DNA of 64,000 bases. Origin: Tubulanus polymorphus (Eukaryota > Animalia > Nemertea). A program made the position numbers and the translations under genes. A model generated the notes under the pieces. That model was not told where the DNA came from and searched no databases. It worked only from the letters and a program-made list of their open reading frames with translations. Positions 37,633-49,175 of this stretch are shown here, piece by piece (the stretch's first letter is position 1; every line of letters begins with the position of its first letter). Where the stretch lies: contig NC_134030.1 in the NCBI RefSeq assembly GCF_964204645.1, forward strand, positions 22,714,210-22,778,209, in the 5' to 3' direction.

Positions 37633-37845
37633 CTATTCCAAATCATACTCCTCGTGATGCTGGTCAACTCCGAGATTTCTCCTGCGCCTGCTGCTAGAGA
37701 CGGGCTGCTCCTGTTCAGCGCCATGCTCGCTAGTATCATCGGTTAACGGAGCCAACTGTTCGTGCTCGTCGCTACCGAGTACTGTAACCTCCAGCGCCAC
37801 CACGAACACGATGAACACCGCCAACATGTAAATCATTAACCTCAT
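37633..37845 (-). CDS. 70-aa secreted prepropeptide (signal, acidic pro-region, RRRR, 14-aa peptide)
   Basis: MRLMIYMLAVFIVFVVALEVTVLG-SDEHEQ...SSSRRRR-NLGVDQHHEEYDLE*. Acceptor TTCAG 5 nt before the ATG; upstream donors at ~38742 and ~38818; AATAAA at ~37595. Confidence 0.7.
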   Translation of the reverse strand: MRLMIYMLAVFIVFVVALEVTVLGSDEHEQLAPLTDDTSEHGAEQEQPVSSSRRRRNLGVDQHHEEYDLE

Positions 37846-38131
37846 CTTATCTGAATTATGGAATGAATTATTTCATTCAGGTTTGAAGCGGTTTTCGGTG
37901 ATGAATGTGGGTGACGGGGACTAGGAAAGGGCGCTGAGATAAAACATCCCCCGTCACGCGGGTCCTGGCAGTAGTTGGAGTGGATTTATATTGCTACACG
38001 ATCCTAGCGTTACCCGAACTTATGGTATCCGCGGTAACATCCCACAGACACACTAAGTGTGGTGGGCAAAAGTTTGTAGGGACACCAAACCAAATCTACC
38101 AATCAAACGAATTACAGGATCAATCGCTATT

Positions 38132-38365
38132 CAGGGGTGAATCCAAGGATAGGGGGTCTCTGCTCCAAGGGGGTTGGGGGGGGGGGGGGTTAGGGGGTCT
38201 CTGCTTTGTGTCTGAAAATTTTGTGATCATGATATCAATCATATTAATGATGAAACTAGCCACAATTCAAATCTGTATCGATTACTGTTTAGGCGTCTGC
38301 TAATAATGCACTAAAATTGCATGACCGTATTTTTCAATCTGCTCAAATTTCTGGACCCGCCCCTG
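38132..38365. mobile_element. MITE of the CAGGGGCGGATCCAG type (hAT-like)
   Basis: CAGGGGTGAATCCA...TGGACCCGCCCCTG; both flanks contain GCTATT (degenerate TSD). Another right end lies at ~43609-43624. Confidence 0.55.
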
Positions 38366-40299
38366 CCTGCTATTATTCCAAGATCCGCAAAAACAACACG
38401 GGCGCTTTAAAGTGTTGTTATAACGTGAAGGATAAAGCTTGCCGCTCTGAAAATGGTCGCTATAGTCGGGTTTCCCTCCGTGGTGTTACCGAAAGAGATA
38501 CAATTTCCCACGCACAGAGTCAGCGTCCTAAAGATGTCTCGACAAAACGGTGGCAACATCCATAAGGGTCCGAACTCCTCTCGAGATCAGAAGATCCTCA
38601 ACTCAGAAGATCCTCTGAATTCTTTCAAACCGGTAATGCGGTATCTGATGAGAGGAATAATCTTGCTGAACTTAAGTTCTTTTAAGCAGACGAGATAATA
38701 ATTTATGGAATGATATCAGATGAGATAAGAATTACCTGATTACCTGAATAATCGTGTCTCCGCTATAGAGCTAGTGTCTGTATATAGTACTCGAGTTGTA
38801 TAACTCAAAGAGCTTACCTGAACTTCCCGATGGAGGCGCTGCATCTGGACATGATTTATAGCGATATAAAATACTTTTAATTATTCCAGATGTTTGTAAT
38901 TTATTGTTTGCCAGACTCGTCGCGAAATAGAGCAATATCGCAAACCGTCGAGTAAAATTAGAAAATATATTGCGAAATACATTAAGACAAAGACTGCGAG
39001 TTTCAGGCCTCCAGTTTCACTACCCCCGGCCGGGCTAGAGGGCTTGGTAGGGCAAAGGAGAATCTTATTTTCCGTAAAACTCAAACTCTCAAAATTGTGA
39101 GTGCTGCTTTAAAGGACAGTCAATGTTGTCGACGTAATCTGATATGAGCCCTTTAGCAAATTTGTTAAGACTAGTCTATCAGATCTTGCTTGGTGGATTT
39201 CCAAATCTCCCGGTCGTTACACTGGATCTGGATCGGTGCTAAATGATCTTCAGTTGTTTTACTCGCTATAGAACTAAATTATATCTTAGACTGGTCTTAA
39301 AATCTGAGAAAGGACTCAGCGACACTCGTGGTCCCCGGAACATGTCTTTGTAAATACAACACGAATATTCTTGATCTAGTTGTCGTAACGGGTCAATAGT
39401 TCATCGCTGTTTCATAAGTGTTTATTGTGTCGCATTTATTGATAATTCATTGATAATCTTGAGGCCTTTGTTCTATGAACCCTGTTCAACTAGGCACCCA
39501 GCGCTTATTGTCAATACCGGTACTGCAATACTATTATACATGCATTAATTAGGGCCTATTTATATCGTGCAGGTCACGCGGGTTGTTTCGATAGCAGGAA
39601 GTCGCATGAAATGTTACGACAATATTTCAATGCTTGTTTACCCGTAGACCCGTTCAGCACAACGCATAGCAAGGTAACAAATAATTTACAATTCACTGCG
39701 AATAAAAATGATTTATTCTTTTCATTTTCTAAGTCGTAAGTAATGAATACTATATAACAGGCTATATAACACGCACTGTCACTAACTTGAACACTGACGC
39801 TAGAACTGGTACTGGTCGGGGATACAAGGGGAGTCTTACTTTCGGGGAAGCCCCGCTTATGACAAACGGGTATATACAGCCCTCAGCAGTATCTCCTCAT
39901 AAGGGAATAACCCCCCCCCCCCCTAGTGTATGACATATGTAGTTTAGGAGCAATTTGTTGATTTACAAACTTTAGTCGCAGATTTTCTTTATTAATTCTA
40001 CCCTCAGTTTTATGTGTGCTATGTATAGTTTGTATCATTCGTGAACCGCGTACAAACAGGTTAAGAGTCTTGTATATAATCATTCATTCATCGAACATAG
40101 TTTTTAGTTGAGAACCGAAATTTTCAGATAGATTTTTGATAGATTCGTTTTGAAATCTTTCCGTTTTTCTCATAGCGGTTTCGACATTCTTTAGTTTACG
40201 ACGAAGTTTCTGGGCAGTAATAATTTTTTCGCTTGGATGATTTTTTTTTATTATGTGACGAAATCTTTTTTTTTCTATTTTCTGTAGGCGATTGTGAAA

Positions 40300-41829
40300 A
40301 TGGTGTCGATATTTCGCTTCGGTTTGTGTTTATGCGTGATTGTCACGTGTATCTCGACCTCGGCTTGTGTACCGAGCTGGAATCATCAGCGGACCCGTTC
40401 CCAACCGAACCCTCTACCTAAAGTAAAAGTGAACGAAAACGGATTCTTCGTCGACGACAGAAACAGAGTTTTGATTCTGCACGGATTGAATTCAGTCGTG
40501 AAAGAATTTCCCTGGTATTCTAAAGATCTTCTCAACGACACGGTGTTAGACTACTTCCAGCAGTGGGGGTTTAACGTCATCCGTTTGGGAACGATGTGGT
40601 CGGGAGTCGAACCCCAGAAGAACGCGTACAACGAGACGTACCTGGATGTGCTGGATACGATCGTGCGCAAACTATCCGCGAGGGGTATCTACGCCTTTCT
40701 GGACATGCACCAGGACGTCATGTCGCGACGATTCGGAACTTACGACGGATTTCCGTCGTGGCTGGTCGACTCGCTTCCTAAACCCTCCCATCCGTACCCG
40801 TGGCCTTTCCCGGATGATAAGTTCCAACCGGGGAATTGGGCGTTGCAATATCTAACGGAGGGGTGTAGCGTCGCATTTCAGGGATTCTACGAGAACTACA
40901 ACGGGAGTTTGAGTCAATTCGCCAAATTCTGGAAGAAAGTAGCCACGAAATTCCGCTCTAGGTCTGGAGTACTCGGGTATGAGTTAATTAACGAGCCGTG
41001 GGCCGGAGACGTCCTACATCAGCCCAGTCTATTCCTACCAGGTAACGCCGGCCGCAGGAATCTACTTCCGGCCTACGAGTTACTGCACGACGCGATACGA
41101 TCAGTCGATCAGCAGACGATCGTGCTATTCGAACCGGTCACGTGGGGCGTTATATTCAACGGTAAATACGCCGGAAGCGGATTCTCGCACGTACCCGGTG
41201 GCGCCGCCTATCGGAACCGTACGGCGCTATCGTACCACATGTACTGTTGGGTTCTGACGGACGCGGACCGCCACAAGCCGTACCCCGTCCTGAAGCGCAT
41301 TCTCTGCGACGATGTCTGGGCGTCGACTCTGTTCAAGACGGCGGTCGCCGATATCAAGTCGCTAGGATGCGGAGGTCTATTGACCGAGTTCGGCAACTGT
41401 CAACCGGATAAATCTAAAAACTCGACCGATACAGTCGAGTGCGAAAACGTGATGAAACTGGCCGATGAGAATCTGCAGTCGTGGACGTACTGGGACGTGA
41501 TATTCTTCAGCAGGGGTCAAATACAGTGGGATATTGCAAAACCGTTCATTCGTACTTACCCGCGAGCTATAGCCGGTACACCGGTATCAATCTCTTACGA
41601 CCCGAACACTTACATATTCATGTTCTCCTACTCTCTCGACGCCAGTATCGCCGCTCCGACCGAGATATTCGTTCCCAAACTGCACTACCCGAACGGGTTT
41701 TCCGTCAAGTTGTCAGACGGTGTCGCATGGACGTACGATCGGCAATCGTCGGTAGTTTCCGTGAAACTGAACGCGAAAATACCGTCAGCGACGACGATTT
41801 ACGTTCGCATTGCTCCTAACGTTCAATAA
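40300..41829 (+). CDS. Endoglycoceramidase (glycoside hydrolase family 5), secreted, intronless CDS
   Basis: Signal peptide MVSIFRFGLCLCVIVTCISTSA; WGFNVIRLG..WSGVEP; LDMHQD; acid/base YELINEP; nucleophile LTEFG; RTYPRAIAG followed by a C-terminal beta-sandwich. Acceptor at 40287, AATAAA at ~42046. Confidence 0.93.
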   Translation: MVSIFRFGLCLCVIVTCISTSACVPSWNHQRTRSQPNPLPKVKVNENGFFVDDRNRVLILHGLNSVVKEFPWYSKDLLNDTVLDYFQQWGFNVIRLGTMWSGVEPQKNAYNETYLDVLDTIVRKLSARGIYAFLDMHQDVMSRRFGTYDGFPSWLVDSLPKPSHPYPWPFPDDKFQPGNWALQYLTEGCSVAFQGFYENYNGSLSQFAKFWKKVATKFRSRSGVLGYELINEPWAGDVLHQPSLFLPGNAGRRNLLPAYELLHDAIRSVDQQTIVLFEPVTWGVIFNGKYAGSGFSHVPGGAAYRNRTALSYHMYCWVLTDADRHKPYPVLKRILCDDVWASTLFKTAVADIKSLGCGGLLTEFGNCQPDKSKNSTDTVECENVMKLADENLQSWTYWDVIFFSRGQIQWDIAKPFIRTYPRAIAGTPVSISYDPNTYIFMFSYSLDASIAAPTEIFVPKLHYPNGFSVKLSDGVAWTYDRQSSVVSVKLNAKIPSATTIYVRIAPNVQ

Positions 41830-41860
41830 CTGAACACTGTATGACGTCATATTGTACCGT

Positions 41861-41994
41861 GGGGCCGGTTGCATAGTCACAGCTAAGACTCAAGACCAGT
41901 CTAAGACCAACTTAGTTTTAGAGCACTTAAAAAGACCAGTCTTAAGACTAAGGCCGCTTTTCGACTTGAGTCACGACTGTGCAACCACAGCCCC
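41861..41994. mobile_element. MITE with GGGGCCGGTTGCATAGTC-type TIRs
   Basis: GGGGCCGGTTGCATAGTC ... GACTGTGCAACCACAGCCCC. An identical left end lies at ~33380. Confidence 0.7.
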
Positions 41995-42951
41995 AAATCT
42001 GAGGCTTTCTTTTTCGAAATGTTTTCCGTGATTTGTAAACATTCCAATAAAATCAAACAATATACAAGTAAAAAACGTGTTTAAATCTATTGATTTATTG
42101 TTTATTGTTCTCGGACAATGAGATAAAAATGTCTACGTGACGCGAGTAGTTCAAACGGTTTCATCCAGTTTCACTATCGATTAGACATGTTTATTGTGCT
42201 CGGACAGTAAGATGTAAATGTCGACGCGCTCGTAGGTCACATCGAAACCGGTTTCATCCAGTCTTAGACTCCACGATTTCGTGTGGTATATAGACAATGA
42301 ATTTATCTAGATCTCGGTGATTTATTCGGCGATTTTGTTTTTTCATAAAAACAAAAAAAAAGAACTCCAAAAGTATCTTCACCTATAAATGTTTGGGCTT
42401 TTCAACGACTGTAACGACAGCCACCTTTGACTAGTTCGCCATCTAGCGGGGAATGAGGTCAGTAGGCCGGTCACCCGTGAGTTGACCACGCCGTCATTAC
42501 CCACGTGACGACGCCAGCCGACCAGCTGAAGAATAATGCGTGCCAGTAACGGGGATGTTTTGGGAGCTGGACCCGTTATTGGTGGCGCCGAAATATCAAT
42601 CAGTGCATGGATATATCAATTAATTATTCAATTTCAAAATCAAATCCATCGCTATTAGATATTCTAATTGAAGTCTCTGATATAAACTGATATTATTCAA
42701 TGTAGAATGAATTGATTTTTAGTTTATACCCGCAGTTTATAGAGCGAAGATGGATTATAACAGTTGGACATGTGTAAGTTTACTGACCCAAATGCTAGTC
42801 ATTGTGAAATTTGACACTTTATAGTCTGACCATTCTTGTCGTTCGTGTTGGTGTACCATAGACCTCTGTTACAACTGGTATGGCTTTGCGCCGTCTCGCA
42901 CATGTCTCCCAAATCAGACAAAATATCGAAATACCTCTCGTGAACACGTGA

Positions 42952-43028
42952 TTAACCCTGGAGAGCCCAATCATATTCCGGCTAATTAGGAGAGGTCATA
43001 TTTGGCCCCGTTGGTTCCCCAGGATTAA
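42952..43028. mobile_element. Tiny piggyBac-like MITE (TTAA flanks)
   Basis: TTAA-CCCTGGAGAGCCCAA...TTGGTTCCCCAGGA-TTAA. Confidence 0.45.
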
Positions 43029-43151
43029 GTTCAACTTATACAAGTTGTTACTTGTAAGGTGAGTAAATTGAAGTTTTAATTTTTGCTATGAATGATTTAT
43101 GAGGTTATGCCTTTAAAACGTTGGAAACACAATTTTTAGAAAACTCACCAC

Positions 43152-43266
43152 GGCCCGGTTTCATGAAATAAATTTTAACTCAAATTTTTGGTGTAATTGC
43201 CGCCATTGGTTACTTCATGTTTTCGATGAGGACAACAATTCAAACTTAACCGTTTTAGGCTTAAAC
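43152..43266. mobile_element. MITE (GGCCCGGTTTCATGAAA...TTTCGTGAAACTAGACCC); related copy at ~48865-48978
   Basis: Imperfect TIRs; similar sequence in inverted orientation at 48.9 kb. Confidence 0.55.
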
Positions 43267-44138
43267 TGTTTCGTGAAACTAGACCCAGAGGTTTCGTCCC
43301 CAAATCCATGAATCGCTCTATATTCATGGTACACCGGTATCCTAGCACCTGCATACAGACTGAAGGGTAGTAGTGGGTCCTGGTAGATATCTGGTTGAAG
43401 TGTAAAGTAAAAATACCAACTAAACAGTTTAATTTCTCGAAAGGGAGGGTCTGAAAAACTGATTTTTAACTGGAGATATTTACATAGTATGTATCTGACG
43501 TGTTACTGTAGTATATCATCTTATGTTTGGCCAAACAATATGCTGTATAGGCCCCGGCCCTATCATTATACGGCAGGGCATTTTATATGAACCCCCTCTT
43601 TGAAAAATCCTGGATCCGCGCCTGATTAATTAGTTTGTCTGACAGTTAGGAGCCTTCAGTTATCGGTAGCGTTAAATGGGACTGTAACAGTAGAATAACA
43701 GGCATTTAACTTCAATTCTACTTCCTAATAGATATAAACTATCTTCAGGAGCTTATGAAAATAAGGGTTTACGACGTAACGATGGAGTTAAACGGGACTG
43801 AATCGTAATCAGTTTACAAATGATTACTTCAAGGTTAGACAGCATTGCAGGACATTTAGGGGACGTCTGTAAAATAAAGGCACTTCCTGCAACCATGCAC
43901 CATGGACTCTCAAACAATTCTAGTTGTTCTTTTGTTGTTGTATTCAACTAAACAAATGCAGTTTGTGTCAATATTGCAGTTTATTTACCGATAACCTTTC
44001 AAATCTTCCGTATAAAATACTCACCCGGAGCGGGATACGGGATTCGATATCATCATTTTATTCGGTGAAGAGATTTACAAGAACTCGTTCTTGCTTATTT
44101 TCGCTGTTTTACTGGGAGTCTAAACCAGAATCCTGAGA

Positions 44139-47100
44139 ATGATGTTGAGGAACTGTTTCGTACTAATGTGCGTCGTAGTTTTACTACAACTTGGAAATAT
44201 ACACAGTACAGAATTGTCTCGAATGAGGAGAAAGAGACGTAAGTTACTCAAATTATCAGTGACTTTGTTTTATTGTTTAGTTTACGCGTAGTATAATCGT
44301 TCCACAAACTTAAAACATATCAATTATTTTCAGGTGTCACGCATATTGAACCTCGCCCAGTTCCCACGGGTCAACTCGACCGTAAAACCCAAGGACAAGA
44401 GATAGTTTATAAATGCAAACTAGCGGTTGGAAAATCAAAGATTAAGGCAAAGTTGATATTTCAGCAGAAGTGTCGCGGTTCTGAATCATGGGGCCCTGTT
44501 CGTGGAGGGATACAACCGCGTAGTTATAACCAATACGCTTTAGCTTTAGCCGAGCTGAAATTCAAAGCAGATTTCAAACTACACAATGGAACGGCTTTTA
44601 GATGTCTTGTAAAGGAAAACCCAACAAATCCGGAACCTATTCGTTTTGATGTGATTGTATTTCTTCGTCTCGGTAAGTGAAGGTTCATTTCCTTATAATT
44701 AATTATCGAATCGGCAAACGAGAAGAAATTATAATCAATCAATGCGTGTCTATGAGCATTTAAATTGTTTATAGTTCATTATCAATTACAACTGCCTCAG
44801 ATGAACACAAGTGTCGACGATCAATGCGCCGATTCAATATGAAATCAAAAGTATTTCCACTGGTGAAATGCGAGACTGATTGAATAAATTCATGATTGAT
44901 ATAAGATCATACTTGGTACAGATTCGCTTTGTCTAACAATAGAATTTGGACTCGACGTTTATGTCATTACGGTTCATTCAGTGAAATGATGGATTTGATA
45001 ATCAGAACAAATGAACTTCTCAAAACTTCCTCATTCTTCAAATCAACAACATGACAGTGATCGCAGTTTATTGTTCATATCATATTTAGTTTCGTGCGCG
45101 TTGTTATCGAGACATGGCTTTGTGGTAAAGACTGCAGAGGTCGTCAGACTTTGGATCGACAGATTGAATGCTGTTGTTTTCAATAACGTTAACAATAGTT
45201 TATAAATACGTATCTATCTATTACTAAAATCAAATAGAGAATTAACGCGTGGTTAATGCCACGTTGCCGTTGCCGCTGTCGCTGTCGCTGACATTTACAT
45301 TTACTAGACATATTTTATTTCGGACACGAACGTATTTCGAATAGTTTTATGTCCAACAGTGCAACAAGTCATCATTGGGTTTGAATTCCGGTGAAATATA
45401 ATTTGGTTTCCGAAAAATAAAATCAAATTCGAAACCGCCATTTTGAGTTTGAATCCGATACGCATCAATTCAATTTGAATTTTAATACTCAGCGCTTTAC
45501 ATATTTCAGTTACATCAAGAACAGCCTTGTTTTTATATAATTTAGCATCTAGTCACTTTTAGTGTTGGACACACTTTCTCTTTCAAATAATTTTTGAAAA
45601 TATTATTTGCATTTAAAAAAATGTTAATAATGATAATAATAATAATAATAATGATTTTATTTTGTCATGTAAAGACACCATATAAATTAATTTTTCATAC
45701 ACACATAATACTTAAAAACCCATACATGGCACGGATGTACGGATGTATCCGTGCCATGTATGGAATTTTAAGTATTATTTCAAAGACAATGAAACAAAGA
45801 CTGAACAGTTTACTCTCATATTGCATTTGAAAACATTTTATGAAATCATACACTAACAAGAATTTGATCAGCCAGAAAAATTAAATTGTCAGCGTACAAA
45901 AACCTAGCTTGATTTTTTGGGGGTTGACTTTTTGGAGGGGCCAAGATTTTCAAGGGGTGTGTGGCCTGGACCATCCTCTAGGTCGAAGCCGTATTTTTCT
46001 AAAATTTGCTTGGTTAATTTTCGTTTCAGACAATACAACTACTGATCCGCCAAAGGTTAGTATCTGGCTGTCAAACCCACACTTTCTATTGTTAAACCGT
46101 GTACAGAAAATTAAAATTAAACCAGCCGAACTATGGAACTTGGATCCGGAGTCAAATAAAAAAATGCGCTACTTTAATTAAACTGAATGACTTTTTATAG
46201 GTTAAGATGAGTATGATGTAATTTCTCAGCACCGCGCGTTTAAAATCTTTAGAAACGGGTTAAACGGTCGACGGTTTGTTGATGATAAAATAATTATTCT
46301 TACATCTTTCAGACTACATCAGACCCCCATCACCGAACTATTGTGATACTTTACATCACGTGTGGAGCGACTGGATTCATTTTGATCGTTCTCATCGCAG
46401 TATTCACTATTCGCAGGTATGAACTCGACCGGAAACCACGGCATACACTGTGTGTGGTTCCGTCGAAATACCTACTAACCCTAAACCTCAACAAAATATC
46501 TGTATAGTCACCGTAACGTCTTAAGATGCTGACAGAATTAATACACGTTATCCCCTTAATTAATGCCCAGTAATTTCATACATCAAAGAAAACTTTTATC
46601 GTCACAGGTCTAGAAGCTTTCAGCTCTCTGGACTATGATGAAAATGAGAGCTTGATTGTCATTGAAATGTTTGGTTGTTCGGAATTCTGCGTTAAGCGGG
46701 ATAAGATCTCCAGTCTGAGAGATCACTAAGATTCATATTTACAAATAATTTGACTTTTTAACAATCATGATGGATTATGATAATAACAGATTAATACACG
46801 AAATATTTACTACTTTCCTCACGTAATTTTATGCTGCATAAATTACCCCCATTTCAGATGCAGACGTCGATCGCCCGGTGAAGGTCATGTGGAGACTTCA
46901 ACACCACCTCCACGGCTCAAAGCAACCGACGACGTGTTGTTAAACGTCTACGAAGACCCGGACGATGGCAGAAATTCCGATAATGTTTCAAACAGAAAAC
47001 CTGTGAGAAAATCTGAAACTAGATTACATAACGTACAAACTCGTAAATCCATGAGAGCCGAGAAGGGCAAATACACAACTGTTTATATGGATATGGAAGC

Positions 47101-47287
47101 CGAGAAGGGCAAACATGCAACTATCTATATGGATATGGGAGCCGGGAAGGGCAAAGATACTTCTCCTTACATGGATATGGAAGCCGGGAAGGACAAAGAT
47201 ACTTCTCCTTACATGGATATGGAAGCCGGAAAGGGCACAGATAAAGTTACATACATGAATTTGGATGCGAAGTTTGTCAAGAGATAA
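44139..47287 (+). CDS. Type I Ig-superfamily receptor A: one C2-set-like Ig domain, TM, cytoplasmic tandem YMDM motifs
   Basis: Exons: 44139-44238 (signal MMLRNCFVLMCVVVLLQLG + RRKR), 44334-44672 (Ig: YKC...ADFKLHNGTAFRC), 46030-46055, 46313-46416 (TM IVILYITCGATGFILIVLIAVFTI), 46858-47287 (tail). All phases are compatible. Confidence 0.82.
45720..45763. repeat. Isolated 44-bp palindrome
   Basis: CCATACATGGCACGGAT-N10-ATCCGTGCCATGTATGG (perfect 17-bp arms). Confidence 0.85.
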
Positions 47288-47892
47288 CATTGAACAGAAT
47301 CAGTTCAGAATCAGAAACCATTGAACTGTGAATAAACATTCGAATGAACAGATCTTTTCATCAGTCTAAATGAAAAGAAAAAAAATAACAATTTAATTTT
47401 CAATTTGTTTTCTGTACGTTTCCAATGATTTATTATGTTGTCCAATCTTCAAGTAGAGAATCTTTCAAAAAATTCTACTGAGAAACTATGGTATTTCTTT
47501 GTGTTGGCTATATGTATATGACGTGCGATGTAAGTACAACCACCACCACTTTTACCAGCAACTCGTTGGTGTAATTAGAATCGTGGGATCTTATGTGGTA
47601 GAATAGATTAACAGATTTTCCAGAACCTGCCATGAGAGTCCACCTGGCTTATCAGGGCAGGAACATGCCCTGAGAGGCCAGTCGTTTGAACCAATAGAAA
47701 ATGAAAACCCATTCGACAGATTGGGCTGAAACGGTGGCAAGGTGATCGGGTTATTCGGATTCAAACTAATGTTTTCGATCATACAATAGAAGACTACGCT
47801 GTATTCTATAGAAATAGATTAAGAAATACAAATGATTTTAATCATATTAAGCTAAAACAGTTAAAAATTTAAGTTAAAAATACATTTCTCGC

Positions 47893-47990
47893 CTAGGGAT
47901 CGAATTGGCGTTTCGTCTTCGTAGTTCTCAACTGTCGCGCACGATTCTAACGTGAGAACTACCAAAACGAAACGTCATTTCGATTCCTAG
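47893..47990. mobile_element. Fold-back MITE (~100 bp)
   Basis: CTAGGGATCGAATTGGCGTTTCGTCTTCGTAGTTCTCA ... TGAGAACTACCAAAACGAAACGTCATTTCGATTCCTAG. Confidence 0.65.
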
Positions 47991-49175
47991 GTTGGAAAAA
48001 CTCACGCTCTCATTCCTAGTATTGATTCGACTATGATATCACAAACATCAATCAGTCGCTTGCCGGTTATAGTATTCCGATTGCAGCAATCGCAATTGTT
48101 TAACCCGAGCTAAATGTTTCAATCTGACTGAACGTGAATGAAAATGAATGATATTCAAGATACAAGAAGCCGGACAAATACCACAACATCCGCACGAGGA
48201 CTCATACCAGAGGACCACTCCCCTCTCCTAAACACAATACACAACGATGTGACACCGATCTGTTTTCGATGGCACGACATCATCAACTACAGAATACACA
48301 ACAGACGATAGACATTGATCATAAGTATTCGATGAACATTTTACAAAATACCAGGGTAACAATTGTTTCAACAATCTTATGGTAATCCTTTGTTCGATTT
48401 ATTATTATATTCGATATGTCTCCGATAAAATAAAAAACTGACAGAGTGGAAACAGGCGTTTTTATAAACTACGGGATCTGATCTTTCGATTGATGTACGT
48501 TGCCAACCATTAGCAAAAAATGCCGTCATATCCAATTTTTGAACATTCGGCAGGCCGAATATTTTATTTATGCATTTATCGTTTGCCCAGTACATTAAAT
48601 GTGTGTAGTATCACTATTCGTCCTATAGGAATATCACTGATAGGATACTTTCACTTTAACAGATTGAAATCAAGCTGATTGAAATTCCTACGCGAAGATA
48701 ACAATTGATCATGAACTAGTTTGTTCGACTTTATGCAGCACATCTATCGAAAATGAGAGGATTATTTGATATTAAGTGTATCGTCTATGGGAATTTGGAA
48801 GAGTTTCACTTATTCTAATATACAGTTTGTTTCGTGAAGGTAAAACTCATTTTTCTATCACATCTGGGTTTTGTTTCATGAAACGGTTAAAGCTTAAGAC
48901 GGTTGAATTTCAATTGCTTTCCTTGAAATCCTCAGCTAGATAAAGTATTCAAGTCTCATTTTTGTGAATTGGACCCCACTTTATAGTTTTGATGTACACT
49001 TTTTTGTACTAGAACATGCATCTCCCAAGACCTTTTGATGTAACCAAAAATCTATTATTTGTGCATACAGATAAAGGATTTAAGAGTGAACCTTCATCTG
49101 AGGTCTTCTGTAGAAGGGTGTTGATATTCAATACGTTTGTATGTGTCTTTATTTCTAGGTAATGAATGAATCAAG

